This document shows positions 9,606 to 19,992 of a stretch of DNA of 64,000 bases, one piece after another (the stretch's first letter is position 1; every line of letters starts with the position of its first letter). The DNA lies in assembly GCA_050951325.1 (NCBI GenBank), contig JBMNIW010000012.1:256001-320000 (forward strand), read 5' to 3'. The notes below the pieces were generated by a model, which worked only from the letters and a program-made list of their open reading frames with translations, was not told the DNA's origin and did no database searches. This DNA is from Clostridia bacterium (GTDB lineage Bacteria; Bacillota; Clostridia; UBA1212; DUPL01). The position numbers and the translations under genes are program-made.

Positions 9606-10922
9606 ATGCAAAAAAGACTAAAAAACTTCAAATTCCTGCTATTAAGTTTTGTAGTAGGTACGATAGTTCTCATCTACATAGTTGTATATCTGCCTGTTCA
9701 CAGTGAACTGGCCGTCATGTTTAATAAAACCTTTTGGCAATCTTCGCAGGATTATGGCTCAATGATAAACCATACCCTGGAAGACTGCATAAGGGATGCT
9801 GCGTATTTGTCCAGCAACCACACCATGCTTACTCAGATAGAAGACTACGAAGCAAATAACATATCCTTCGAAGCGTTAAAAGAACAACTACAACAGGTAT
9901 ATGGAAACTTTGCTATTAAAATTGACAGACTGACAAGTGCCGCAAGGTATCTTGGCAATTATGTTGTCTGCTCATACAATGACGGGACCAGTTATGATAT
10001 TTCGCCAGACAATGATTTTCTTTTTAATGGCAACAACACCTACTTCAAGGTATATTCTCCAATTTACTCAAACAACAAGCAAATTGGTTTTGATATTATA
10101 ATATTTGACATAACAGGTATGTTAAGAACCAGAACACATGTATCAAAAATAACAAGCCCTGAAGCAGTGAAGAAAATTGTTGACAACAAAACAATATATC
10201 AAACAAGTAACAAAACATTATATTATGACAGAAACGGAATCATATACACAGAAGAAATAACTGGTATGGAGTATTACCTCTATATAACAGCCGACAACGA
10301 GACTCTTTACAAGCCCTTAAGAAGTATTGCCATATACTTTTTCATTGGCCTTGCTGCATCCTTGTCGTTAATTGCCCTGCTTACAAACTTCCTTGTTGTA
10401 AAAAGGGCAGGAAGAATGATTGCCATTAGTGAAAAAAGAGGAGAAATGTACAAAAAAGATTCCATGCTGGATCCACTTTCAGGGGCGTATTCAAGACGAT
10501 TCTTTGAGGAGTGGATTAAGAAGGAGTCAATAAGCAACTCTAAGGAAAATTTCCACTACACAATGGTGCTGCTTGACGTGGACCGTTTCAAGCAGATCAA
10601 CGACTCCTGCGGACATTTAAGTGGAGACGAGGCAATAAAAATTGTGGGTTCGGCTTTGTTTTCCTGCGTCCGTACTACGGATTATGTTATTCGCTATGGA
10701 GGAGACGAGTTTATGCTTCTTTTGAATGAATGCAGCGAATCCCAAGCAGAGGACATCATGTACAGAGTTTGTGACAAATTAAGAAAAATTGATACTGTTC
10801 CGTTTGAAATATCGATTTCCTATGGGATTCAGGAAATCAAATCAAGAAATGACATATTAAAGGCCATGAATCAGGCAGATAAGAAAATGTACGAAGCGAA
10901 AAAGACAAAAAACATCTCATAG
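9606..10922 (+). CDS. Membrane-bound diguanylate cyclase
   Basis: Two TM helices around an extracellular domain; DPLSG, DVDRFKQIND, RYGGDEF. Confidence 0.9.
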   Translation: MQKRLKNFKFLLLSFVVGTIVLIYIVVYLPVHSELAVMFNKTFWQSSQDYGSMINHTLEDCIRDAAYLSSNHTMLTQIEDYEANNISFEALKEQLQQVYGNFAIKIDRLTSAARYLGNYVVCSYNDGTSYDISPDNDFLFNGNNTYFKVYSPIYSNNKQIGFDIIIFDITGMLRTRTHVSKITSPEAVKKIVDNKTIYQTSNKTLYYDRNGIIYTEEITGMEYYLYITADNETLYKPLRSIAIYFFIGLAASLSLIALLTNFLVVKRAGRMIAISEKRGEMYKKDSMLDPLSGAYSRRFFEEWIKKESISNSKENFHYTMVLLDVDRFKQINDSCGHLSGDEAIKIVGSALFSCVRTTDYVIRYGGDEFMLLLNECSESQAEDIMYRVCDKLRKIDTVPFEISISYGIQEIKSRNDILKAMNQADKKMYEAKKTKNIS

Positions 10923-10955
10923 AAAAAACCATATCTCCAAGAGATACGGTTTTTT
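10923..10955. terminator. Bidirectional intrinsic terminator between convergent genes
   Basis: AAAAAACC(A)TATCTC-CAA-GAGATA(C)GGTTTTTT. Confidence 0.7.
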
Positions 10956-10962
10956 ATTTATA

Positions 10963-11199
10963 TCAAGTTTCGCCTCTTTCACGAGCCAGAGCCTCATCCC
11001 TGATTTCCTCCCTCATGCCTTCAAGGGCATGACGCCTTCTTTCATTCTTCTCTATAAGTGCCTGTTTCAGATTCTCATCGGAGGATTTTGCAATCAACTC
11101 ATCAGCAAGCTCCATGTTCTGTATGGTTCTGTTAATGTTGTACTGGATTTTTTCCACATTATCGCTTCTGTCATCCGGTTTAGGCTTCTTTTTTGACAT
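10963..11199 (-). CDS. tlp: Small acid-soluble spore protein Tlp
   Basis: KPDDRSDNVEKIQ...KNERR..AL.GMREEIRDE signature. Confidence 0.9.
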   Translation of the reverse strand: MSKKKPKPDDRSDNVEKIQYNINRTIQNMELADELIAKSSDENLKQALIEKNERRRHALEGMREEIRDEALARERGET

Positions 11200-11310
11200 T
11201 TCATCCCCTCCTTTTACTTGTTCTTTTAATATTTTTTCAAGATGAATAGAAAAATATTTGTGAAAGATTATGTTAATAAAAAACCAGGAGGCAATACTCC
11301 TGGTTCTCCA

Positions 11311-11604
11311 TTAATCCCTTTTTATTTTCCTTCTTGTCAATGATATTCCTCCAAATCCGGATATAATTGCTATATAAAAGCCGAAGTCATACCACCAGCC
11401 TGTATTTGCCACCTCATACACCCTTAAATCCTTGTTGAATATACCACCAATCAGAGATATTGGCGCAATCCAGCCGTGCCATACTCCCCAGAAAAAGCCT
11501 GCCTTGTTTTCCTCATTATGCTTGCCATCTCCAGGAATGCAGCCTGCCAGCATCACCATTAGAATCAAGGACATCAAAACAATCAACACTATCTTTCTTT
11601 TCAA
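11311..11604 (-). CDS. Small membrane lipoprotein, hypothetical
   Basis: Lipobox LAGC; AGFFWGVWHGWIAP...NTGWWYDFGF; TTG start after AAGGGGA. Confidence 0.7.
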   Translation of the reverse strand: MKRKIVLIVLMSLILMVMLAGCIPGDGKHNEENKAGFFWGVWHGWIAPISLIGGIFNKDLRVYEVANTGWWYDFGFYIAIISGFGGISLTRRKIKRD

Positions 11605-11626
11605 ATTAATTCCCCTTTTCCATATG

Positions 11627-12871
11627 TTATCTAAACTGCTTGGGCGTATAACCCGTATATCTCTTAAAAATTTTGGTAAAGTAGCTTTGGCTCTCAAAGC
11701 CTGTAGCTATTGCAATATCTATAATTGAGTAATCGGTGTTTGAAAGAAGTCTTTTGCTTTCTTCCACTCTTATCATATTCAGATACTCCTTGAAAGTAGA
11801 CCCGGTACATTCCTTGAACAGTGTTGAGAAATAGGAGGAACTCAAGTGTACAACTGAAGCAACCTCCTCAAGGGTAATCTGTCTCGAAAAGTTCTTTGTA
11901 ATATATTTGATTGCATTCTTGATAACCTCGCTGTTCTTTGAAGGAATCTGATGGAACATGGCTTCTGTAAACTCAATAACCACTTCCTGCAGTCTGTAGC
12001 ACAAATCTTCCAGATTGTTTATCTGCTGTATTGTTCTAAGGAAATAATTATTCATTTTTAGAATCCTGTCCGTGGCGGCTCCTCCTTCAATTGCAGCACG
12101 GGATAAAAGCGAGCTAAGTTCAACAGCTCTGGTCTTTATGGCGTCAAGATTGTTTCCTTCTGAGAAAAATACATATCCCAACAGGTCATTCAAAATACCC
12201 TTCGCATCCGCTATGTTGCCCAGTTTTACCTTTGTTATTAGTTCCTTTTCCTTTTCATAAGGATAGTTTGAACCTTCACTCTCGATATCCTTATACATCT
12301 GTATGGATTCGCCTATTCTCGCCTGCTGGTGTAACTTTATCTGCTTTATATTTGGCTTTTTCTTCTTTTCCGTAAGGTCATGGCACAAATAATTAAGGAG
12401 CCTTGCAGCATGGGTGACATGCGTAGGCGGCATTATTTTCACATTTGACAATTCATCATACATGTCAAATTGCGCATTCGTCGGTATATTGTATTTCTTC
12501 CCAATATCCTGTATCAATGTGGAATCAGGCTTGTCAAGCAAAAAGGGCCCTGCAAGTATTGAACCTACAACAGTTCCATTGTTCAAAAGAGGAAGTATTA
12601 TATGATTAAGGTTGCCATTGCAGGTAAAGATATATGACTCTCCCAGATTTTTTGCGAGATCGCTTGCACGAGTGTAGGTTTTTTCGCACAAACCCTCAGG
12701 TTGATACTTTTTTATGGTCTTACAGTATCTGCATGTGTCTCCATAATACTTTACCCGAATCCCTTCCTTGTCAAGAAGGGCTATGGGAAGATCTATGCAT
12801 ATGTAAAAGGATTCAAGTATTTCGTTAACCTGCTCCCGGTCCACGAATTCGTAAATTGAATGGGTTGACAT
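11627..12871 (-). CDS. AraC-family regulator with N-terminal PocR sensory domain
   Basis: Cys-containing PocR-like N-terminus (CRYC..., YIFTC, AGPF); C-terminal AraC double HTH (GFESQSYFTKIFKRYTG). Confidence 0.88.
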   Translation of the reverse strand: MSTHSIYEFVDREQVNEILESFYICIDLPIALLDKEGIRVKYYGDTCRYCKTIKKYQPEGLCEKTYTRASDLAKNLGESYIFTCNGNLNHIILPLLNNGTVVGSILAGPFLLDKPDSTLIQDIGKKYNIPTNAQFDMYDELSNVKIMPPTHVTHAARLLNYLCHDLTEKKKKPNIKQIKLHQQARIGESIQMYKDIESEGSNYPYEKEKELITKVKLGNIADAKGILNDLLGYVFFSEGNNLDAIKTRAVELSSLLSRAAIEGGAATDRILKMNNYFLRTIQQINNLEDLCYRLQEVVIEFTEAMFHQIPSKNSEVIKNAIKYITKNFSRQITLEEVASVVHLSSSYFSTLFKECTGSTFKEYLNMIRVEESKRLLSNTDYSIIDIAIATGFESQSYFTKIFKRYTGYTPKQFR

Positions 12872-13026
12872 GCTTTCGTCCTCCAGTACATTTTAATGAA
12901 TATATTATATCATAAAATATTACAAAAAAACTACATTCATAAAATCGTTATATAAATAAAAAAATAATACAAAAAGCCAGAATGCCCAAAGAATATAATA
13001 TACTCTGCAAAGGTTAAGGTGATTTT

Positions 13027-13974
13027 ATGAAAGACAAAATAGATCTGTACATAGTATCCGGTTTTTTGGGAAGTGGCAAGACCACCTTTCTGAAAAACAT
13101 GCTTTTTAATTTTGATAAAAAGAAAACAGGAGTTCTTGTAAATGAGTTCGGAGCAGTAAATATTGACTCTGTACGTTTGTCCGGTGACACCATAAAAATG
13201 GTGGAGATAAACAACGGCTCCATATTCTGCAGCTGCTTAAAAGGCGATTTTATAAAAGCGCTCATAGCCTTTTCGAATGAGGACATTGAATACTTATTTA
13301 TTGAAAACTCAGGTCTTGCAGACCCTTCAAACATGAGACAAATACTTAAGGAAATCAGCGAAAAGACAAACAAGACATACGAGTACAAAGGAGCCATATG
13401 TGTTGTTGATGCTACATCCTTTTTGAAACATGTAGCTGTTCTTCCTCCCGTTCAAAACCAGGTTGCCCATTCAAGCTTCATTGTTTTGAGCAAAACCGAC
13501 AGAGTTAACAAAGAGCAAATAACTGATGTTACGAATAAACTAAAGGAGATAAACCCTCATGCATACGTGTATGAGACCATCTATGCGGAAGTCCCTCTTT
13601 CCGTTTTGGATGAGAAGCTGACAGTTACAACCCATGAAGGAGAAACATCAAACAAGCCATGGAACAGAATAAGCACATATGCGCTTGAAACTGAGGAAGA
13701 CGTATCCATTGAGGAATTAACCAGGTTTGTTGAAGAAATAAAGGATTTTGCATACAGAATAAAAGGTTATGTAAAGGATAAGAAAAAATGGATTTCAGTG
13801 GATGTTACCGAATTGGATGTCAGAATCAACGAAACATCTTTAACCAGAAGAGATATCCTAAAACATACAAGATTGGTTGTCATATCAAAAAGTACTGAGT
13901 GTATTTTAGATAAAATTAAAGAAACAACAAAAAATACAATGCCAACGAAAAGCATTGAGATATATGAAGGTTAG
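13027..13974 (+). CDS. CobW/COG0523-family GTPase (metallochaperone)
   Basis: SGFLGSGKTT, VNEFG, NGSIFCSC, ENSGLADP. Confidence 0.9.
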   Translation: MKDKIDLYIVSGFLGSGKTTFLKNMLFNFDKKKTGVLVNEFGAVNIDSVRLSGDTIKMVEINNGSIFCSCLKGDFIKALIAFSNEDIEYLFIENSGLADPSNMRQILKEISEKTNKTYEYKGAICVVDATSFLKHVAVLPPVQNQVAHSSFIVLSKTDRVNKEQITDVTNKLKEINPHAYVYETIYAEVPLSVLDEKLTVTTHEGETSNKPWNRISTYALETEEDVSIEELTRFVEEIKDFAYRIKGYVKDKKKWISVDVTELDVRINETSLTRRDILKHTRLVVISKSTECILDKIKETTKNTMPTKSIEIYEG

Positions 13975-13985
13975 GAGAGTAGAAA

Positions 13986-15349
13986 ATGAATAAAAAACAA
14001 CTTGTGCTGGACAGCATACATAACAAGGAAACCGAAAGAGTGCCATGGGTGCCTTTTGTCGGATGCCATGCGGCAAGTCTGATTGGTGTAACCGCAGATG
14101 AATATTTCATTGATGCAGATTTGATTGTAAAGGGTGTTAAGAAAGCGTACGAGGAATATGATCCGGACGGTCTGCCAGTTCTTTTTGACCTGCAGGTGGA
14201 GGCGGAGGCTTTGGGCTGTGAACTGGTTTACGCCAAAGACAATCCACCTGCAGTAAGGACTCACGTCCTGGAAGAAGGCAAAGAACTGTCCGATCTAAAA
14301 ATTCCTACAGAGAAGGATGGCAGATTTCCCATCGTATTGGACGCAACAAGGAGAATAGTAAAGGAACTGGGGGACAAGATAGCTCTTTACGGCCTTGTGA
14401 CAGGACCATTCACACTGGCTCTTCACTTGAAAGGCACGGATATCTTCTACGACATGCTGGATGATCCGGATGAAGTTCATGCCGTAATGGAATTCTGTAA
14501 AGAAGTGTGCATCAAAACTTCTAAAATGTATATGGATGCAGGCGTTGACATTATAGCTTTGGTTGATCCCATGACCAGTCAGATTTCTTCCGATAGCTTT
14601 GAGGAATTTGTATCTCCATACGCAACGGGAATATTTGACTTTGTAAGACAGTCAGGCAAAAGCTCCAGCTTCTTTGTGTGCGGAAATGCAAAAAGGAACA
14701 TAGAAGCAATGTGCAAAACAAAGCCTGACAACGTATCAATAGATGAAAACATTCCTCTTGACTATGTAATAGACATTTGCAAATCCTATGGAATATCCGT
14801 TGGTGGAAACATAAAACTTACACTGACCATGCTTTTTGGAACACCAATGGATAATGTAAATGATGCAAGAACATGCATGGAAATAGGCGGTAAGAAAGGA
14901 TACATTCTTTCACCTGGATGCGATATGCCGTTTGCTACACCTCCTGAGAATGTAAAAGCAATAACAAGCTACGTTCACGGCAACATTACCGAGATGTTTG
15001 AAAGCGAGGATGTTATGGAGGGCGTGGATTACGTTCTGCCTGATTACGAGAAGGAGGATAAGGTTATAATTGATGTAATAACGCTCGACTCGGAAAGCTG
15101 CGCTCCCTGCCAGTACACCATGGAAGCAGTCATACTGGCTGCAGAGCCGATTAAGGACAAGGTCAACAATTGTTGAGCACAAAATCAAGAACAAGGAAGG
15201 CGTTGCCTGCATGTTGAAAGCTTGGCGCAAGCAACATTCCAACCATTTGCGTTGACGGCAGGATTGAATATGTAAGTATCTTGCCCGACAACAATGAACT
15301 TACCAAATGTTTTATGAACAGGGCTATAGAAAAAGGACTTATCAGTTAA
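13986..15349 (+). CDS. UroD/MtaA-CmuA-family protein fused to a C-terminal thioredoxin-like domain; frameshifted near 15164 and 15229
   Basis: RVPWVP, VEAEALG, GPFTLA, ILSPGCD, then CAPC. Removing two single bases continues the ORF as TIVEHKIK...NIPTICVDG to TAA 15349. The ORF track stops at 15176. Confidence 0.8.
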
Positions 15350-15367
15350 TATATCACTTCTTTTGGT

Positions 15368-15396
15368 AAAAGAGAGGCGGTTCCGCCTCTCTTTTT
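15368..15396. terminator. Bidirectional intrinsic terminator
   Basis: AAAAGAGAGGCGG-TT-CCGCCTCTCTTTT. Confidence 0.8.
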
Positions 15397-16135
15397 ATGT
15401 TCCCGGATCTGATAATGGTCCATACTTTTTGTTAGGTGTTTTTGTGTATCCGATTGAAAACTGTGCCACACCTTCCTCGTATACGATACCCACCACTGAT
15501 AGAACCTCTGCATGTCGTTTTCCTCCTTTGATATCCAAATACCCACATGATTTGCATTAGCATATGTTCACAACATCCACCAGATATTCGCCATCCTCAT
15601 ACTCCTGGCCAAGTTGCACTTCCAGCCAGTATATTGTCCGGATAGTCCGCATACTGGTTTGTAGAAAAGCAGGATCCTGCCAGAAGGGTCGTCATCGTAG
15701 CTTCCCATCCATCTGTACAGGGCTATCTCTATCTTCATGACCGCTCTGCCTGCGTCCAGGTACACAATCTGACATGAATTCGGTCAAATGTGGTGGTCGG
15801 GAAAAACTGAATGCTCGCAGAGGAAGCCGGATCAATGTGAAGTCCGGCAAGTGATTGCAGGATCTTCCTTGTCCAGATAGAACATGTTATTCCATTGTTT
15901 CTCATCCAACAATTCCTTCTGCATACTTGCCTGTTCCTGGCTCTATTGTAGGTGGTGGCGTTGGCTTCTCCGTAGGCTCAGGACTAGGTGTCGGTTCCGG
16001 AGTTGCAGTAGGTTCTGCCGTTACAACCGGTGTGACTTCCGGAGTTTTGTCCGCATCGTCTCCAACCTTTTTACAGGAAGCCAGTGACAAAACAAGAACA
16101 ATACATAGAATAAACACAATTAACTTGGTACGCAT
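15395..16135 (-). pseudogene. Lipoprotein with Pro/Thr linker, broken by many frameshifts (pseudogene or assembly errors)
   Basis: Lipobox LASC and PTATPEPT linker. Protein-like fragments continue in shifting frames to ...YGPLSDPGT-TAA just before the terminator. Confidence 0.6.
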
Positions 16136-16151
16136 AAATCAACCCCCCAGT

Positions 16152-18884
16152 TTAAGTATTATTTTTCTTCTTTCTAAATACTATGGAAAGAATCACAGCA
16201 GCTGCAACAACTACCACACCTGCAGCGATTGCAATTATCAACCATGTATTTGAAGACCCTGGCAATACTTCAATAGCTATGGTTACAGGTTCCGAATATA
16301 CCGTATATGAATTGTTTTCATCAATCTCATGAGTATACTCAAGGGCATATACAACAGTTCCGTATTTCTTAAATGTAAGGACTCCGTCATTCACGGTAAC
16401 AAGTTCTTCTCCTTCCAGGAAGATTATCCTTACATCTTCTGATGCATCAATTTCTTCCCTGCCATACGTGGTTCTTGTGGCTTCAATCTTAAGATTGTCG
16501 CCCGGCTCTAATTTATGCTCTAATTTCTTTGCATTCAAGAACTTTGTAAAGGGTGCAAGTATCTGACATGTGTCGGTTGTGATACCGTTGGCTCCAGCAA
16601 GGAAATATGTAATCACAACCTCATTGTTAATCGTCCATGGCCATGTAGTGATGCCTCTCATGTTGGCCTTTGTGAAGAAGTCCTTTGAATGGTAATTGTA
16701 TGACGGGTTGTATGTAGTGCCATAGGGTTGTATTATGCCGAGAACGCTTCTTGTCTGAAGATCGCTGGTGGCTCCTGTTGCACTTGCTCCCATCAAATAT
16801 CCAACAGACATTTCAGGAAACTCCCTGTTCATGTTTGTTATGTTTGACGTATGGAAGGTAATGACCGATATTCTGTCAGTCATATCGTGCTTCAAAGTTG
16901 CTTCCCTTAGAGCCGTTACCAGTTCTTTCTCGGTGGACTTTAATTCTACAAATACAAACACGTCCAAATCCTTTATTGCCTCATAGAACTCCTCCAGGGT
17001 AGGAATTTTTATCTCGCCGAAATCCGTCCTTCCGCTGTTTGCATTTAGCTCTTTTAACTGTTCCACTGTTGAATTTCTGACCTCACGGCTGACACCGTTG
17101 CATGTTCTCGCAGTGTTTGCATCATGAATTATAACGGGGACACCGTCCTTGGTAAGGTGAATGTCAATTTCAATTACATCCGCACCATTTTCATATGCAA
17201 GCAAAGCTCCTTCTATGGTGTTTTCAGGAGCAAGGGAAGGCACTCCCCTGTGACCTACATTCAATGGAACTCTGAGAAGTTTGCTTCCGCTCATTAACAT
17301 TGCTGTTTCATAAACAAGGTGCGTATTGTCTGAAATAATGCCGTGGGCTCCGGTTATGAGCAGGCTGTAAGCATCTTTTTTCTGTGTAAGATCATTCACT
17401 GCATTAACCCAAACGGATACCAATCTGTCATATAGGAATTTTACATTGACCCTGTTAGCAATATTCGATGGAATTACACATACAGAAGCCATGTTGGAAT
17501 TAACAATACCTCTGATTTCCATAAGATCATCTTTCGATACCGATTCTTTGTCCTTGTACTTCTCAGTAAAATCTATTACTCCTCTTGACATCCTTGCTTT
17601 CTTACGAACAATCTGAACAAGCTCTGGATTGCCGCTCATTACAAAGCAGTCTTCCAACTTGTTGTCTTTTAAAAAGTCACCCAGATTGTTTGCTGCATGC
17701 TCGTCATTTATGTAAAAGGTAGGAGTCATAACTCCCATAAGACTCATAATCGCATCCTCAATACCCATGTATGGATTTGAGTAAGTGTTGTCAGTTACAT
17801 TAAGTTCCTTGTCAATATAAAAAATTACATTTGCAGGCTTCATACCAAGCTCGGCTATCCTTGTCAGATCATCCTGATTCTCTACAAACTCGGACAATCC
17901 CATACCCCCTATAATCCCCATATCAGGCTGCACAATCTCAAAGAACGTGTATCCAGCCTTGCCAGGTTTGCCTGCAACATACTTAACCTTTAAACTGTCT
18001 ATTTTAAAGGTCGAGTTGTTGGCCTGCAAACCAATACCGCCCTTGATATATCCCTCCAGTTTTCCAGAAAGCACTTTTTCGCTGTTAATATAGTAGTTTA
18101 TTTCAGGACCTTCTGCATGAACCTTGAAGGTGTACATCTTGTCGGAAGATATCGCTTCTTTATATGACGCAGTTTTATGAACAGTCCATCCGCCAGTGTT
18201 CTCAGCTATTTCAATACCATTGTTGGCAGTTGCTCCCTTTCTTATACACATTTGCAGATACTGCGCATTATTATTCTGGCTACGATACATGATGGAGGAC
18301 CATCTGGTTTGTTCTGCAGCATCGGTAATAGTGCCGACCACTTCAATCTCATAATCTCCAAAATCATCAAGAAACTCAGGCAGTAAAAGCCTTGGTGACC
18401 GAAGAGTGTTGCCCTTCAGGAATAGAAAGCCATTTTCAACATAAACGTCGCTGGAAAAACCCTCGACACGCCTGTACCCATCCAACAGCTCTGCTTCAAA
18501 TTCATCAAAGAACAACACAAAATCGCCATCTGCACTTGCCCTTGCAACCACATATACTGTTTTCACAATATTGTTTTTTTCAACCATGATGATATGTAGC
18601 CCTTCTTCACTTGCGGTTAGTTTTCCATTCTCTATCTTTAATGTATCCTTGCTGTCATCCGTAACCGTAATGTTGACATCCGAAGCTCTGAAGTATACAT
18701 TGGAAGAAAACTCAACCATCACATCTTCAAGATTAATGGCCTCTCCTACCGTGACAGGTATTGCAGGCGAAGACGTTGTTGCATATATTTTGTCTTCAGC
18801 ATGAATACTTTCAAATTGAAATATGTTCAGTGACAAAACCATGGCTACAGCCAGCACCATGCAAATAAATCTCGAGGTCTTCAT
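16152..18884 (-). CDS. Surface-anchored glycerophosphodiester phosphodiesterase with a DUF1080/LamG-like domain
   Basis: Signal peptide; GHRG..APENT, EIDIHLTKDG, IIHD; C-terminal TM and basic tail. Confidence 0.85.
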   Translation of the reverse strand: MKTSRFICMVLAVAMVLSLNIFQFESIHAEDKIYATTSSPAIPVTVGEAINLEDVMVEFSSNVYFRASDVNITVTDDSKDTLKIENGKLTASEEGLHIIMVEKNNIVKTVYVVARASADGDFVLFFDEFEAELLDGYRRVEGFSSDVYVENGFLFLKGNTLRSPRLLLPEFLDDFGDYEIEVVGTITDAAEQTRWSSIMYRSQNNNAQYLQMCIRKGATANNGIEIAENTGGWTVHKTASYKEAISSDKMYTFKVHAEGPEINYYINSEKVLSGKLEGYIKGGIGLQANNSTFKIDSLKVKYVAGKPGKAGYTFFEIVQPDMGIIGGMGLSEFVENQDDLTRIAELGMKPANVIFYIDKELNVTDNTYSNPYMGIEDAIMSLMGVMTPTFYINDEHAANNLGDFLKDNKLEDCFVMSGNPELVQIVRKKARMSRGVIDFTEKYKDKESVSKDDLMEIRGIVNSNMASVCVIPSNIANRVNVKFLYDRLVSVWVNAVNDLTQKKDAYSLLITGAHGIISDNTHLVYETAMLMSGSKLLRVPLNVGHRGVPSLAPENTIEGALLAYENGADVIEIDIHLTKDGVPVIIHDANTARTCNGVSREVRNSTVEQLKELNANSGRTDFGEIKIPTLEEFYEAIKDLDVFVFVELKSTEKELVTALREATLKHDMTDRISVITFHTSNITNMNREFPEMSVGYLMGASATGATSDLQTRSVLGIIQPYGTTYNPSYNYHSKDFFTKANMRGITTWPWTINNEVVITYFLAGANGITTDTCQILAPFTKFLNAKKLEHKLEPGDNLKIEATRTTYGREEIDASEDVRIIFLEGEELVTVNDGVLTFKKYGTVVYALEYTHEIDENNSYTVYSEPVTIAIEVLPGSSNTWLIIAIAAGVVVVAAAVILSIVFRKKKNNT

Positions 18885-19099
18885 ACTATCATCCTTTTTT
18901 CGTTATTTCCATATTATCTTACCATACTTAATTTTGATTTTCCATGGAAACAACTTGCTTGCATATTAAATTATATCCTACATGAACAAACTCGCTATGT
19001 ACATTTAAGACATATTTTATTGACTTAATCCAACATAAAACATTGCCTCAAGCAATATTTAGTGTATAATACACCCAAAAGGAAAGGATGGGTGCTAAT

Positions 19100-19930
19100 A
19101 TGCATAACATTGAGCTCAATAACGGAGTAATGATACCCGGCATAGGGTTTGGGACATACAAAACAGACTATACTACGATAAAGCTGGCCATTGATTGCGG
19201 TTACAGATACTTTGACACTGCCTCCAAATATGAAAATGAGGAACACGTTGGATATGCCATAAAAGACAGTGGTATTCCCAGGCAAGAGTTTTTTGTTGCT
19301 ACAAAGGCTTGGCGCGATGAATTGGGATACCATGAAGCAAAGAAGGCTTTTAACAGTTCCCTTGAAAGACTTCAAATGGATTATGTGGATTTGTACATTA
19401 TCCACTGGCCAAAACCAACTCATGATTACGAAGGATGGGCGGAACTCGTCATGGAGACCTGGCAGGCTTTTGAAGAAATATACAAGGAAAAGAAGGCAAG
19501 GGCTATAGGTCTTAGCAATTTCCTTCCTCATCATCTGGATGTTATTCTTGAAAGCTGCGAAATTAAACCAATGACTAACCAGCTGGAAGTACATCCTGGT
19601 TATTCACAGGATTATGCGCTTGCCTACTGTAAGGAAAACAATATACTGGTACAGGGCTGGAGTCCACTGGGAAGAGAAAGGGTTTTAAATCACCCTCTGA
19701 TTCTTGAACTGGCAAGCAAATACAAGGTAACCAGTGCACAAATTTGCATAAGGTATTCAATACAAAGAGGAGTAGTGCCAATACCCAAGGCATCATCTGT
19801 TGAAAGAATGAAAAACAATCTTGATGTATTCACCTTTGAGATAGATAAAAGCGACATGGACAGGCTAATAACTCTTCCGCAAACAGGATGGTCGGGAGAG
19901 CATCCTGATTTTGAAAGAGTGCCCGTTTGA
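19100..19930 (+). CDS. Aldo/keto reductase (2,5-DKG reductase-like)
   Basis: GFGTY, GYRYFDTA..Y.NE, DLYIIHWP, IGLSNF, IPKAS. Confidence 0.93.
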   Translation: MHNIELNNGVMIPGIGFGTYKTDYTTIKLAIDCGYRYFDTASKYENEEHVGYAIKDSGIPRQEFFVATKAWRDELGYHEAKKAFNSSLERLQMDYVDLYIIHWPKPTHDYEGWAELVMETWQAFEEIYKEKKARAIGLSNFLPHHLDVILESCEIKPMTNQLEVHPGYSQDYALAYCKENNILVQGWSPLGRERVLNHPLILELASKYKVTSAQICIRYSIQRGVVPIPKASSVERMKNNLDVFTFEIDKSDMDRLITLPQTGWSGEHPDFERVPV

Positions 19931-19992
19931 GGTTGTATATATTAAAAATAATAGTATAATAAGTTAAGCTTGATTATTAAGGAGGAAATTTG

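Noticed and set aside
15171-15176. TGT-TGA at the end of the UroD-Trx ORF as selenocysteine readthrough
   Set aside because: Same-frame continuation is not thioredoxin-like; the recognisable sequence resumes only in shifted frames.
15950-16050. Repetitive Pro/Thr-coding tracts (also near 25.9, 38.6 and 39.6 kb) as DNA repeat arrays or CRISPR
   Set aside because: They are low-complexity protein linkers; no constant repeat-spacer structure or cas genes occur in the window.
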